Source of the DNA: Vicugna vicugna
Taxonomy: Eukaryota
DNA length: 64,000 bases
Assembly (NCBI GenBank): GCA_013265495.1
Contig: MU058451.1
Span: forward strand, 2,475,305-2,539,304
Direction: 5' to 3'
Part shown: positions 26,161 through 39,892 of the stretch, piece after piece
How the letters are laid out: each line of letters opens with the position of its first letter
Numbering within the stretch: the first letter of the stretch is position 1
The notes under the pieces: model-generated
What the model was told of the DNA's origin: nothing
Database searches by the model: none
Seen by the model: the letters and a program-made list of their open reading frames with translations, nothing else
Translations under genes and position numbers: made by a program

Positions 26161-28199
26161 TAAATCCCCAATTACATGAAAGCACTGTTTTGCTGCTCTG
26201 GGCCTCTCCCTTTACAGAGGCCCTAGAACAAGGCAGTGTGAGACATCAAGGTGGAGAGGCCGGTGGCACTGATCCTAGAGGTGGCACTGGTCCCAGATGC
26301 AGCCCTGAGGAAAAGCAGGCATGGCAATGTGTTCTCCTCGAGTCTGCAACTTTGACCACTGCCTCACCTCGTGTGCAGCCCTGGCTCCCCAGTCTCTGGC
26401 TGCTTGACCTTTGGTTCCGTGAAAGTAAGGGAGATCCTGATGGGAGTGTGGGTCCCAGGGCTGGGGTTCTAATCTTTGTCAGGGAAGCCTGAGGTCATTT
26501 ATTAGGTGAGAGCATATGTGACCCAAGAAGGAAGCTACTGGACTACTATAGTTGTTCTCCTGGAGTGCAGGGGTAGACAATCCAAGCTGTCAGGCTGTTA
26601 GGATCTCAGAAATCTCCTCTTCCCATAGCCTGGTTGTTGAGATGCAATGGAACAGGTGGCTATTTTTATGGGACCTAACCTCTCCTTTCCCACACAGCTC
26701 AATATCCATCTGGTCTTCCAGCCAAGGGCCTTGGGTCCCTGGTTCTGCCTAATTTTAAGCTAATTAAGTTAATAATACAAAATTTGAAGAAAACTTCTGA
26801 AAATTAAACTGAAAAAGGAAAATATTGACTAAGAGCAATACAATGAAAAAATAAAACAAACAGGTGAATAATTTGTTAGAAGCTTCTTTTTCAGGTCAGT
26901 CTCAGAATCACCTTGGAAGGTAAAGTCTCAACTTGGCAAAAATCTGGTCACATCTCATGGTCTAGATGAGATTAAAACGGTCTAGATTAAAAGAAACAGC
27001 TACACTTAAATAAGAGTCATTACTGAACCAATGAGCAAAATGATGTATTTTAATGTGCTTAAAAAGCATAACTTAAATCAGTGGTGAAAATTAACCTTGT
27101 TCTTGCCCTTAGAGTTGGATGAAAGCACTAATTTTGTTAATTTGTGGATTTTATAGGGGTTTGGGGGCTACATTTAACATGATGTATGTGGTAAGTTGTT
27201 AATTTGGTGAATGCTTATGAATAAAATTACTGACGAAGAACTTTTTGGAAGATATGCAAGGCTTGTGGCAAGCGCAGTACCAAGAGGGAAGAGCGCTTGG
27301 CGCGGTCCTGCCCGCAAAGACGGAGCCCCCGGGCGGAGCCCCGGCGGGACACCACGCGCCGCGGCAGCCAGCTCACCTACCAGCGACTGCGCCTGGCCTG
27401 TATCAGCTGTGTGACTGGGTGGGGGTGGGGGGGTCAACAAAATGGCAAATGATCAATTTTCTTTAGAAAAACAAAAAGAACAATAGCAGCAACAAAAAGG
27501 TTTTATGAATATTCATTTTTTATACGGAACCAAGCTTGAAATGAGCTGGGCAATGCTTGTTCTGCTACACAAATGTGCACCAGCTTAGCCAAGGAAAGGG
27601 GCTCGGCAGGGTTTTCAAACCCAGGGTTGAACTGTTATTTTTTTCTGTAAAAGAGAAAAGTAAAAAGTATTCAATGATAATAAACAAGAACCTGAATGTG
27701 GTGAATAAACTCACCATTCATCTTAATAATAAAGAAGGTCTCACATAGTTTGGCTTATGGAGAAGAATTGTGTTCAAGGCTCAACATTTTCAATTAAGAC
27801 AGAACTGTGAATATTTCTCCTGAGGCAGAACTTTTGCAGTGGTAATGAAGTTTGAGAGCAGCTTGTGAAGATAATGAGTCATGTCTGACTGTTAGTTTAT
27901 TTAGTTTATTCAAATGGGATAAAAACATTGCTGGTAAATGAACATGGTTTTAGTTATCTTTAGTTATCTTTCTTCACAGAAAAAATCCGTTGGCGACTAT
28001 TTCCCTAAGACTGTAAAAAATACTGAAAAATGGATTATGTAAACTTGCCGCAGGACACAAATGACCAATCTCTCAGCAAGAGACACACACCAAGAAGTGT
28101 GGCACAGCAGCTCCAGCACCGCTCCACACTCCTCTGCCAGCGTCCTGAGCACCCGTTACAGAGGGCACACAAAACGGAAGTAACCACAGCTAAGACTCA

Positions 28200-28360
28200 C
28201 ACAGTCCTCACCAGAGAGCAGGCTTTACATACACAGCTCAGTAACCCTCACGATGACCCTACGAAGCAGGGATTGTGATGAGCCCCATCTTACAGCTGAA
28301 GGCCCTGAGGCACAGAGAGGTTATGTGACTTGCTCAGAGTTTTAGTAAGGGGTCAGCGCT
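28200..28360. mobile_element. MIR SINE, followed by a short L1 3' piece and (CA)n
   Basis: cctcacgatgaccctacgaagcaggg...ccccatcttacagctgaaggccctgaggcacagagaggttatgtgacttgctc. Confidence 0.7.
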
Positions 28361-29179
28361 GGGACTGCACAGCACAGGGAACTATACTTAATATCTCGTG
28401 ATAACCTATAATGGAAAAGAATCTGAGAAAAGAATACACACACACACACACACACAGAGCCCTCTCCTCAGTTTGCTCACGGGATGGAAGTTCATGTCAG
28501 GAAAGGCAAACCAAGAATACCAGAGACTCCCTCCCCTGCCCACAAAGCAAGGGAGCCACTCTCAGGGAAGTAGGCCACTGACCCCGTCCCCACTCTGGAA
28601 CCGTGACTCAGAAATTCTGCCCAGAGGTGAGGTAGTCCACAAGAACAGAGCTCTGATGCTTTCCCAAAGGGACTGACTTTATTTGAAATGGACTGGAAGT
28701 TCAAGCCTAAGGACACTCCTGAAAACTCTGGAGATTTTGGCAGTAAGCAGCTCAGTGGAGTCTGGTAGCTTCAGGAAAAGTACAGCAAGTTACAATGTAA
28801 ACCCGCTAATTTCCCAGAAAGAACCAGGGAAAGAGACAGCTAAGAAGAGTGCCCTTGGGGTCAGAACAAATCTGAAATACTGGCCTCAAAAAACTATCCT
28901 GAAAAGGGTAATTTATAATCCAAATTTAATTAAATCATAATGAGAACAATTTATAACCAAGAAAACAAAAGGGCTATATGCCAGCAATTAGTGGATCCTA
29001 GCAGCTATGAGTTATACCAACAGATGCAGAAAGCTTAACAGAGATCAGCTAACAGTAGGGAAAAAGAGCCCTACTAAATCTGTCATCCATGTGAGAATGA
29101 GCTGCTGAAGATGCTCCCTCTGAGAGGTGACATCAAAGGTATCATTGTGCAAGAAAAATGAACATCACAAAAACAGTTC

Positions 29180-30498
29180 AGCTTTTCCTCTAAAACCAGG
29201 AACAAGGCAACAAGGATCCCCACTTCCGATACTTCTATTCAACAAATACCGGAAGCTCTAACCAGAGCAATTAGGCAAAAAAAGAAATAGAAGGCATGCA
29301 TGTTGGAAAAGAAGAAGTAAAATTATCTCTATTTGTAGATTATATCATCTTCTATGTAGAAAACATGAAAGATTCCACACACAAAAAATCTGTTAGAATA
29401 AATGAATTTGGCAAAGTAGCAAGATATAAAGTCAACACACAAAAATCAGTTGTTTTTCTATACAATAAACAATCTGAAAAAGAAATTATGAAAACAATTA
29501 CATTTATAATAGTATCAAAAAGAATAAAATATTCAGGAATTATCTTAACTAAGGAGGTAAAAACTTTTACGCTGAAAATTATAAAGCACTGCTGAAAGAA
29601 ATTAAAGAAAACAAATAAATGGAAAGAGAACCTGTGTTCATGGACTGTGAAATATAATGCTATTAAAATGGTCATACTACCAAAACAATCTATAGATTCA
29701 ATGCAATTCCTAACTAAATCCCAGAGGCATTTTTTACAGAAATTTAAAAAATTTTAAAATTTATATGGACTACAAAAGACCTTGAATACCCAAGTCAATT
29801 TTGAGAAAGAAGAATAAAGCTGGGGGCATCATACTTATTGATTTGAAAACATATTACAAAGCTATAGTAATCAAAACACTAGGGTACTAGCATAAATACA
29901 GACATACAGACCAACTGAACAGATTAGAGAGCCACACATATATGGTCAACTAATCTTCAACAGTATCAAGCCTACATAATGAGGAAAGAACAGTCTCTTT
30001 AACAAATGGGAAATCTGGATATCTACATGGGCAAAGACACATTTTTTAGAAAGAATAGACATTTCCTCAAAGATGACATACATGGTCAACAGATAAGAAA
30101 AAATGCTCAACATCACTAGTGATCAGAAAAACACAAATACAAAATCACAATGAAGTATCACTTGCCATCTGGTAGGATGCTCATTATTTCAACAAAACGG
30201 AGATAAGTGTTGACAAAGATATGGAGAAACTGGAACTCCTGTGCACTGTTGGTGGGAATACAATTGGTGTAGCCACTATCGCTGGAGCTACCTTAAAAGA
30301 TTACAAAAAGAACTATCACATGAAACAGCAATCCCACTTTAGGATATTTACCCAAAAGAACTGAAAACATGATCTCAAAGAGATATTTGTACTCTCACGT
30401 TCATTACAGCATTATTCACAATAGTCACGAAGTGGAAGTAATTCAACAATGGCTGAACGGATAAAGAAAATGTGGTGTATATATATATCTGTGTGTGT

Positions 30499-30548
<50 letters not shown>

Positions 30549-30935
30549 GAATATTATTTAGTCATAAAAAAGAATGAAACCCCATCATCTGCAGCAACAT
30601 GAATGAACCTTGAGGAGATGGTGTTAAGTGACATAAGCCAGTCAGAGAAGGAAAAAACTACTTGATTTCATACATATGAGGTATATAAAGTAGTCAAACT
30701 CATAGAAACCCAAAGTAGAACAGTAGTTGCCAGGAACTGTGGCGAGGGGGAAATAGGGAGTTGTTCAATGATTACAGTTTCAGTCATGCAAGATGAAAAA
30801 AGTTCTAGAGGTGTGCTGTACAATGCTGTGCTTACAGCTAACAATTCTGTATTGTACACTTAAAAATGCATTATGAGGGAAGTTCTCATGTTACGTGTTT
30901 TTTATCACAATAAAAAAGTAATAAAATAAAATTTA
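29180..30935 (+). mobile_element. L1 ORF2 3' part and 3' UTR, degenerate
   Basis: ORF 29296..29595 (KEEVKLSLFVDYIIFYVEN...INEFGKVARYKVNTQKSVVFLY) is L1 reverse-transcriptase-derived; frameshifted; ends in an A-rich tail. Confidence 0.92.
30478..30545. repeat. Compound (TA)/(TG)/(CA)n microsatellite inside L1
   Basis: tatatatatatctgtgtgtgtatacacatacac(ac)n. Confidence 0.9.
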
Positions 30936-30949
30936 AAAATAGTAAATAT

Positions 30950-33117
30950 CGTACATATCAACAATGAACAAGTGTAATTTAAAATTAAAAACACAGTATG
31001 ATTTATATTAGCACCCACCAAAAATGAGATACTTAGGTATAAATCTAACAAAATATGTATAAGACATACATGAAGAAACCTACAAAACTCTGATGAACAA
31101 GATCAAGAAAAACTAAATAAGTGAAGACATATTCCATGTTCATGGATAAAAAGATTCAATATTTTCAAGATTTCAGTTCTTTCCAACTTGACCTATAGAC
31201 TTCAATTTTGATCCAAATCAAAATCCCAGCAAGTTATTTTATTATTTATTTTATGGATATTGACAAACTGATTCTAAAGTTGATACACGCAGGCAAAAAT
31301 CCCATAATAGGCAACACAGTATCAAAGGTGAAGAACAAAGTTGGAGGACTGACACTACCTGACTTCAAGACTTACTATAAAGAGACAGTAATTGAGATAA
31401 TGTGGTATTTGATGAAAAAATAGACAAATAGACCAAGAGAATAGAAGAGCAAGCCCAGAAACAGACCCCCATAAATACAGTTAATTGATCTTTCACAAAG
31501 GAACACAGGCAATACAACGGAAAAAAGACAGTCTCTTCAACAAATCGTGTTGGGACAACTGGACACCCACATGTAAAAGAATTAATCTAACCACAGGTTA
31601 CACAGACCTTACACCGTTCATAAAACTCATAGTCCTAAGTAAGATACACAACGATAAATCTCCTAGAAGATAACATATGAGAAAATCTACATGACCTTGG
31701 GTATGGTGATGCCTTTTTAAATATAACACCAAAGACAAGATCCATGAAGGGGGAGGTATAGCTCAAGTGGTAGACTACATGCTTAGCAGGCATCAGGTCC
31801 TGGGTTCAATCCCCAGTAACTCCCCTAAAGAAAATTAATAAACCTAAATACCTATCCCCCTAAAAATTCCCAAAAATAAACATTGAAAAATTTTTTAAAG
31901 ATAAGATCCATGAAAAAATAGTTGATAAGCTGGACTTCATTAAAATTAAAAACTTCTGCTCTACAAAAGACAATGCCAAGAGAATTAAAAGAGAATTCAC
32001 AGACCGGGAGAAAATATTTGCAAAAGACACATTTAATAAAGGATATATATTAATATATCCAAAGTATTTTACAAAGAACTCTTAAAACTCAAAAATAAGG
32101 TGTCAAACAACTCATTTTAAAAATGAGTCAAAAACCTTAAAAGTCACCTCACCAAAGAAGACATACAGATGGCAAATACCCATATGAAAAGATGCTTCAC
32201 ATCATACGTCATCAGGGAGATGCAAATAAAAACGAGATATCACTGCACACCTATTATAATGGCCAAAATCTGAAACACTAACGTCACTACCAAATACTGG
32301 TGAGCACATGGAGTTAAAGGAACTTCCATTCGTTGCTGACAGGAAAGGGAAATGGTACAGCCACTGTGGAAAACAGTTTGATGGTTTCTTACAAAACTAA
32401 GCATACTCTTAGCATATAACCCAGCAATTACGTTTCCTGCTATTTCTTCAAAGGAATTAAAATCTATGTCCACATAAAAATCTGCACACAGATATTTGTA
32501 ACACCTAATGATTGCCAAAACTTAGAAGTAATCAAGATGTCCCTGAGTAGGTGAATAAACTGTGATACACCAGACAATGAAATATTACTTAGAGCTAAAA
32601 AGAAATAAGCTATCAATCATGAAAAGTCATGGAGTAACCTTAAACGCATATCACCATGTGAAAGAAGCCAATCTTAAAAGGTTACGTATCTGTGATTCTA
32701 ACTACCTGATATTCTGGAAAAGGTGAAAGTACAGAGACAATAAAAAGAACACTGTCAGAGGTGATGGGAGGTAGGGAGAGAGAAACAGCACAGATTTTTT
32801 GGGCAGTGAAAATATTCTGCATGATATTGTAATGATGGATATATGTCATTACACATTTGTCCAAACCTGTTAAATGTACAAAAGCAAGAGTGAACCCCTA
32901 AGGTGATCATGATACGTCAATGTAGGTTCATCCTTTGTTTAAAAAAAATATATACATATGTATGTATATATATCATTCTGGTGAGTTACATTGATAATGG
33001 GAAAAGTTATGGGGACAAAGGGTATATGAGAAATCTCTGTATCTCCCTCTCAATTTTGTTGTAAATCTAAAACTGCTCTAAAAAACACTTTTTTAAAAAT
33101 AGCAAAAAAAAAAAAAG
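30950..33117 (+). mobile_element. Second L1 (L1MC/MD-like) ORF2 3' part and 3' UTR
   Basis: KNKVGGLTLPDFKTYYK motif in ORF 31208..31423, DSLFNKSCWDNW in ORF 31485..31673, poly(A) at about 33104-33117. Confidence 0.9.
31749..31896 (+). mobile_element. vic-1-like SINE nested in L1
   Basis: gggggaggtatagctcaagtggtag...gggttcaatcccc; TSD aaagacaagatccatgaa / aaagataagatccatgaa. Confidence 0.9.
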
Positions 33118-34819
33118 GTCTAAAATTTTGTACCAGCATGAAATGAAACATAGAAAAGACGACACAGTCCAGCGGTAAGTGCACTCAACAAAAGTCCAGC
33201 TATCTGGGTTCAAGTTGCAGATCGCCTCTTTACCTTGTTTCCTTCATCTGTAAAATGAATTAGACAGAGGATCCTGAAAATCTCTTTCAGCTCTAAAAGT
33301 CTATGAATCATCTTAACACAAACCAGAAAGCTTGGAATAAAACAATACACTTGAATAACATCACCCCAAAAGCCTGTTGAGTGTTTTTAAAAATGGGCTA
33401 TTACTATTAAAGTCTTAAGAAAAATCATGCAATGCAGATGTCTGTTCCATCGTTAAAACAAACACAGCACATGCTTTCTCAGCCATTTTAGTGTTTTTAC
33501 ATGATCCACCCAAATATCAAACTGGTATCTGAAACAATAGTTTGGACATTTTCCACGTTATGAAACATCCTAAATGGTTTTTTTTTTTAAGATTCTGGTA
33601 CATGATATATAAAACATTCTCTCACGAAAATGCATACTTAATTTTAATGGAATTTCTTTAGGAAAACATTATCCAGTTTTTCCTTAATTATCAGCAAGTG
33701 ATAGATCTAGAAATAAATATGCTGTCTGCCAGCAAAGGCAGACCTTAGAATCAGAAGACACAAGTTCAAGCCACCACTACCTCTAACTAACTCAGTGTCC
33801 TCAGGCAAGTTATAAAATCACCTGAGCCTCAATTATCCTGTTTGTAAAGTGAGAGGTTGGATGTTCTCCAACATTTTCACACTCAAGACTTCTGTCTTTT
33901 TTTTCTTCTATGCATACCATGTTTCAAGGATTTATCTTTCAGACAGACTACATTTATTTAGTAATAATAAATCACCTTCCTGTTCTTTCCACCAAAGACT
34001 GCCAATCTGAGATTCAGATCAGCTTGAGATATGAATTCAGACATGTACTGTTCTAACCCAAAGCAAAGAAATCTACTAAGAATGAATGCATTATTTTCAT
34101 TAGGTTGTTGAAATACCAATAATGACATCTATTATTATACAAAGACTAGCAACACCAAAGTGAGAACCCCAGGTCCAGGGGATATCTAAACACCATCAAC
34201 ACGGCAGGAAAACAGTAAAAACACTGTGTTTTTCCATTAGTTCAAATATTGAGCACTGACAATATCAGGTACTGTGCATATGATTTTATTTTTAAATAAA
34301 AAACAATAGATTTTTTTTCAAATTATATTTTTCATTTTTAAAAAGTTTGCCCTCCTTTTCTTATGAGGGAGAGGGGAGTAGTTAACTACGTTTGTCTTAC
34401 ACACGGACTAGCTTTTCAAGAAGCAGTGTCCACTTTTAAATTCCATTGAAATCACCAATAATAGCAAAAATAGAACAATGCAGTCCATGAATCGTTTCTG
34501 AATAAATGAAAGAATGAATGCTATACCCATTATACACAGAAGTTCTAGGGAGACAGCTGCTACTGCCTTTCTGAACCCTAACAGCCCTCAACCATGCAGT
34601 GTCCTGCTGCTCCTGTCAGTGCCTTTAATCGATGTGTTGACTACCCCCCCTCTTATTTCTCATGTCAAGGAGATTTTTATCTTTTCAATTACTTATATAC
34701 TTCATGCAGTATGTGCAGAAAGATCATGAAACAAGTACATCTTTGTTCACATTTGTTTTCAGCAAACAAATTATGTTTACTAATGTTAAAATACTCAGTG
34801 ATTAAAAGTGGTGTATGAA

Positions 34820-36850
34820 TAAACAGTCAGGTGAACAGGAGAGAAACTCCAGAATAATACCAAATACAGAATCTTCATATACAACAGTCAAATCTCAGTG
34901 CAATGGAGAGTAAAGCAGGATCCACGCTTTCAGTATAAATCCCAGAGGGATCAAAGATTTAAGGACAAAGAAAAAAAAAAAAAAGCTAGAAAGTTTCCAG
35001 AAGATAACTTAAAAGGAATTTTTTATAATCTCAGAATGAGGAAGGCATTATAACTATGCAAAGATTACAAATGCTATAAAAGATTATAAAAGTAAGGCCA
35101 TTCAATTATGTTAAAAAGAAAACCAAACATTAAAAGAAAATTTCCAAGGGGGGAGGGTATAGCTCAAGGGGTAGAGTGCACGCTTAGCATACACAAGGTC
35201 CTGGGTTCGATCCCCAGCACCTCCTCTAAAAATAAAACAAAGAGGTTAACCTAATTACCTACCCCCACCTCAAAATAAATTAAACTCCACCACTAACAAA
35301 GAAACAAGAAAAATACTGGTAAGTCATATCATAAAGGCACACATACACTGTTTTCAGATAAGGAAAGAAAAAGACCAACAATTTAATATTAAAATAAGCA
35401 ACAGATATGACTATATCACTGACATAAAAAGTATAGAAATGGCTCATAAATATACAAAAAATATACTCAATCAAAATAGGAGAAATGCAAAATAAAACTA
35501 CACTGAATACCACATTTCAACTATCAGATTGGCACATGTCCAGACCTTTGAGAGCACACTGTCACCGAAGCTGTGGGGAAACAGGAAATCTCATACACTG
35601 CTGATGGACATGCAAACTGGGAAATCTCTACTGAGTGTAAACTGGCAACATCCATCAAAATTGTAAGTGCACATATTCTTTGACTTTTAAGAATTTATCC
35701 AAAAAATATACTAGCATACATGTAAAATGATGTTATGTTTGAGGCTTTATGAAGCAAGATTACGTAGAATATAAAAATACTAGAAACAATCTAAATGCTC
35801 ATGAGTTTGAAACCAGTTAAATAATAATTAAGTCCTACACATTATCAATATAGAAGGATCTTCAAGGCATACTGTTGAATGAAAAGGGAAAACACTGTAG
35901 AATAGTGTGTCTGAAATGCCACAGGATAAAACAGTACCTATTTGAATTTGTTTCTAATAGTATAAAAAGATTCTGGAACAATATAAAACAATACAAAAGA
36001 AACTAACATAAATTACTTGCTTGGGAGACAAGGTGGAAACTGTGGCTAAGAGGACAAAGGCAGTGGGAGATTTGTCACCTTTTTTGTATTTTACATTTTT
36101 ATCCACTAAAAAGCCTAAGTGAAAAAAAGAATAAAATAAGTAAGATTAATGATACAGTGGAATTTGAACTAGAATCCAAATGAATTCATCATTAAAATGA
36201 AATCAAAGGTACAAAAGTGATTTAAAAATTTTCTCCTTCTTGCAATATGGAGGGCTTGATACTTTGAAGGGCTCTCTGGCTTGCCCACCACAGGGCAACC
36301 AGCATTTCTTATAAATCTGAACTTATACATACCCTGTAATGCATAAATTCCACTCCTAGGTGTGTTCCCAGAAACTCTTACACATGTGCACCAGGAGACA
36401 TGTTAAAAAATGTTTACAGTAATATTGGTTATAATAACAAAATCCTGAACTACCCCAAGAGTGGATCAATAGAATAGATAAATCAATTATAGTTGATGCA
36501 CATAGAAGATGAAATACTGTATGTTGCAACATAAATTAATCTTAAATTACAATGTTAAGTGGGAGAAAAAATGTTCCAGAAAATATACAGTATAATGTCA
36601 TTTTTTTCTAAAGGTAAAAAAAAAAACTATACTAAAATACTGTTAAGAACTCATTTGGTAAAACTGTAAGAAATAAAGGGTGGGGCAAAATCGGCCAAGG
36701 GACATGAAAGAGGATGAAGGTGAAAGTAATGGCATTGGTAACATTTCAGTTCTCAAATTGAGTGGTGGATTCACGTTTATTTTATTCTCAGGCTTCATAA
36801 CTTCTATGTGTTAAACTCATTATGTACCAAGTGTACCTATATTTTTCTTT
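34820..36850 (+). mobile_element. Old degraded L1 (L1ME-like) fragments
   Basis: gaaatgcaaaataaaactacactgaataccac, gggaaacaggaaatctcatacactgctgatgg, aattccactcctaggtgtgttcccagaaactcttacacatgtgcacc. Confidence 0.65.
35148..35285 (+). mobile_element. vic-1-like SINE
   Basis: ggggagggtatagctcaaggggtagagtgcacgcttagcatacacaaggtcctgggttcgatccccagcacc...cctaattacctaccccc. Confidence 0.9.
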
Positions 36851-37057
36851 AAAAATAACACACAAATTTAACATTTCTTGGCACACTATAATATATTATT
36901 ATTCCATGGGACTTATAAACCTCCATGTTTCTACACAAGCTGATGAATGAGTAATTATAAATGTTACTCTTCTGTTCTCCTGTATGTTTGTTGTAGAGTT
37001 TCTTTGATAACAGAGAAAATCAATTAAATACACATATAAGTTATGAAGCCTGAGAGC

Positions 37058-38915
37058 TGCCTCCTAAAGCAAAGGAAATAAAAGCAAAAATAAACAAATG
37101 GGACCTAATTAAACCTAAAAGTTTTTGCATAGCAGAAGGAACTACTGACAAAACAAAAAGACAACCTACTGAATGGAAGAAAATATTTGCACATGATATG
37201 ACCAATAAGGGGTTAATATCCAAAATACATAAACAGCTCATACAACTCAACATCAAAAAAGACAAACAACTCAATTAAAAAATGGGCTGAAGATCTGAAC
37301 ATTTTTTCCAACGAAGACATACAGATGGCCAACAGGCACATAAAAAGATGCTCATCATTAATCATCAGAGAAATGCAAATTAAAACCACAATGAGGTATC
37401 ACCTCACACCTGTCAGAATGGCTATCATCAAAAAGATCACAAATAACAAATAATGGCGAGGATAAGGGGAAAAGGGAATTCTCATACATTATTGGTGGGA
37501 ATGTAAACTGGTGCAGCCACTATGGAAAACAGTATGGAGATTCCTCAAAAAATTAAAAATAGAACTACCATATGATCCAACAATGCCACCTCTGGGTATT
37601 TATCTAAAGAAATTGAAAACACTAATTCAAAAAAATATATGTACCCCTGCATTCATCAATGTCTTACAGTTTTCCAAGTACAGGTCTTTTATCTCCTTGA
37701 TTAGATTTATTCCTAGGTATTTTATTCTTTTTGATTTCTGTACATTAATTTTGTATCCTGAAGACAATTTTAATCCAGCATAGTTAGCACCTAGCTGTAA
37801 GTAGACAAAAAAGTTAAAGTATATGTGCATTTAATTTTTGAAGTGGAAGGTTTGTTTTTTAAAGATTACAGTTATAAGAAAGTGCTAACAGTTACAACCA
37901 AATAACAATTTAAATGGCTTTGTAAGTGACTGTGATTGCACAGCCTGGGTCCTAGCTTTATTACCTGCAGATTTAAAATAGACCTAATTTTTGTATGCTT
38001 CTCAGGCTTTCTTCATTGCCCTGAATTGCAATGAATCTGTAGACTGCCTTGATATATATAATGGAATATTACTCACCTATAAAAAAGAATGAAATCTTGC
38101 CATTTGCGACAACATGGATGAACCTAGAGGGTATTATGCTAATGAAACAGATCAGACAGAGAACGACAAATACTATATGACTTCACTTATATGTGGAATC
38201 TAAAACAAAATGAATGAACAAACATAACAAAAGAGTTTCGGATACAGAGAACAAATATGTGGTTGCTAGAGGGAAGAGCATGGGGGAGGAAAGAAATAAG
38301 TGAGGGAGATAGGAGGTACACACTTTCAGCTGCAAAATTAATCAGTTAGGGGTATGACACATACAGGGTGGGGAACGTAACTAATAACTACCTAATATCT
38401 TTGTATGGTGATATTGTAACTAGACTTATGTGGTGATCATTTTGAAATTTATAGAAATATCGAATGACTATGTTGGGTAACAGGAACTGACATAGTATTA
38501 TAGGTCAATTCTACTTCAAAAACCAACAAACTCATAGAAAAAAAGATCAGATTTGCGGTTACTAGAGGCAGTGGGTGAGGAAGGGGAAACTGGAGGAAGG
38601 CAGTCAACGTACTTCTAGTTACAAGCTAAAAAGTAAGTACTAGGAATGTAACGCACAACACAATAAATACAATTAATACTGTTGTACATTATATAAGAAA
38701 GTTGTTGAGAGTAAATCCTAAAATTTCACATTACAACAAAAATTTTTTTCCATTTCTTTAATTTTGTATCTATTTGAAACGATAGGTGTTCACTAAACTT
38801 ACTGTGAAAATCATTTCATGACATATGCAAATCAAATCATTATGCTGTACACCTTAAACTTATACAATGCTTTATGTCAATTATATCTCAATAAAACTGA
38901 AAGAAAAAAATAAAA
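37058..38915 (+). mobile_element. L1 3' portion, internally rearranged
   Basis: aaagcaaaaataaacaaatgggacctaatt...[22 protein letters not shown]; interrupted at about 37655-38050 by an inverted L1 piece and an inverted copy of local DNA; 3' UTR ends caataaaactgaaagaaaaaaa. Confidence 0.88.
37760..38046. repeat. Inverted duplication, left arm
   Basis: Reverse complement of 39893-40181, roughly 85% identical by eye. Confidence 0.93.
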
Positions 38916-39892
38916 TAGGTTGCTAGAAGTTAGCTGCACTCTTAGATTTCCCACATAGTACTTATGTCTAAATAAGTAAGTTGAATCACTTGGCTTTATA
39001 TTTAAAATCCAATTGGCTCCAACTAATTTAATTGCCTGTTTATAAAATGCCTGTGTGCTATGGGAGCCCTAAAAGGGAATTGTTCAGGGAACTCTCCCAA
39101 AACACTTAAAGAATCTATTAATCCATTATCTTCAGACTTCACCCACCCCACCCATTCTCGCCAAAATTTAGAGGTTCAAAATACAGTACACAGCATACAG
39201 GAAGCAAGCATGCAGTCCATCTAATGCCACGTCACTGGGGTGGTTTAGCCTCCCAGCTTCAGGATGTACAGAGTTTAATAATATCTGCATATAATACAAA
39301 AGTGACGAAAATTTTATGTCAACTACAATACTGAAAAGGTCAGTAAGAATTCTATCCCATCCCCAAAGTATTTGTCTTGGGTCATCTCTAATGAACCTAG
39401 AAGAGCCAGCATATTTCACAGGGGCTAAATAAAACTTTTTAAAAGGTTAACGGAAAACTATTTATGTGAAAAATGCCTCCAAATAATCTTTTAGTGGGTG
39501 GATTCGGCACATACCAGTGAATACCTTTGAGCTTAGTCCAATTTTGAATTATGCCAGAGTTTACCTTTAAGAAACAATGAACCTGTTTTTAAGTAAAACC
39601 CTGTATTAATAAGAAACATGGAATGTGAATACAAAAAAAAAGATTTTATCAACTGAACTGTATCTAAATATTTTACAAAGTTTTCCATGAGCCGTCAGTA
39701 AGTCTTTAAAATGCATGATCTTTTAAAAAACTTGTTAGTCATTCATCTGTAAAAATCCCGCTTTTTATGTGTATGCCAAGCATAAAATTGCCCCATGCTG
39801 AATTTAACACAAACCTCACATTACAGAGTTAAGTGTTCTTGCACTTCAGCATGACTATGACAGTGATTCAAAGGATGAAAATACACTTAGAA

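Noticed and set aside
27174..27466. Three overlapping ORFs in the GC-rich patch
   Set aside because: Explained by stop-codon scarcity in GC-rich DNA; no protein similarity recognised
29296..29595. ORF with reverse-transcriptase-like motifs
   Set aside because: Frameshifted relic of L1 ORF2 with a degenerate catalytic motif; not an active or novel RT system
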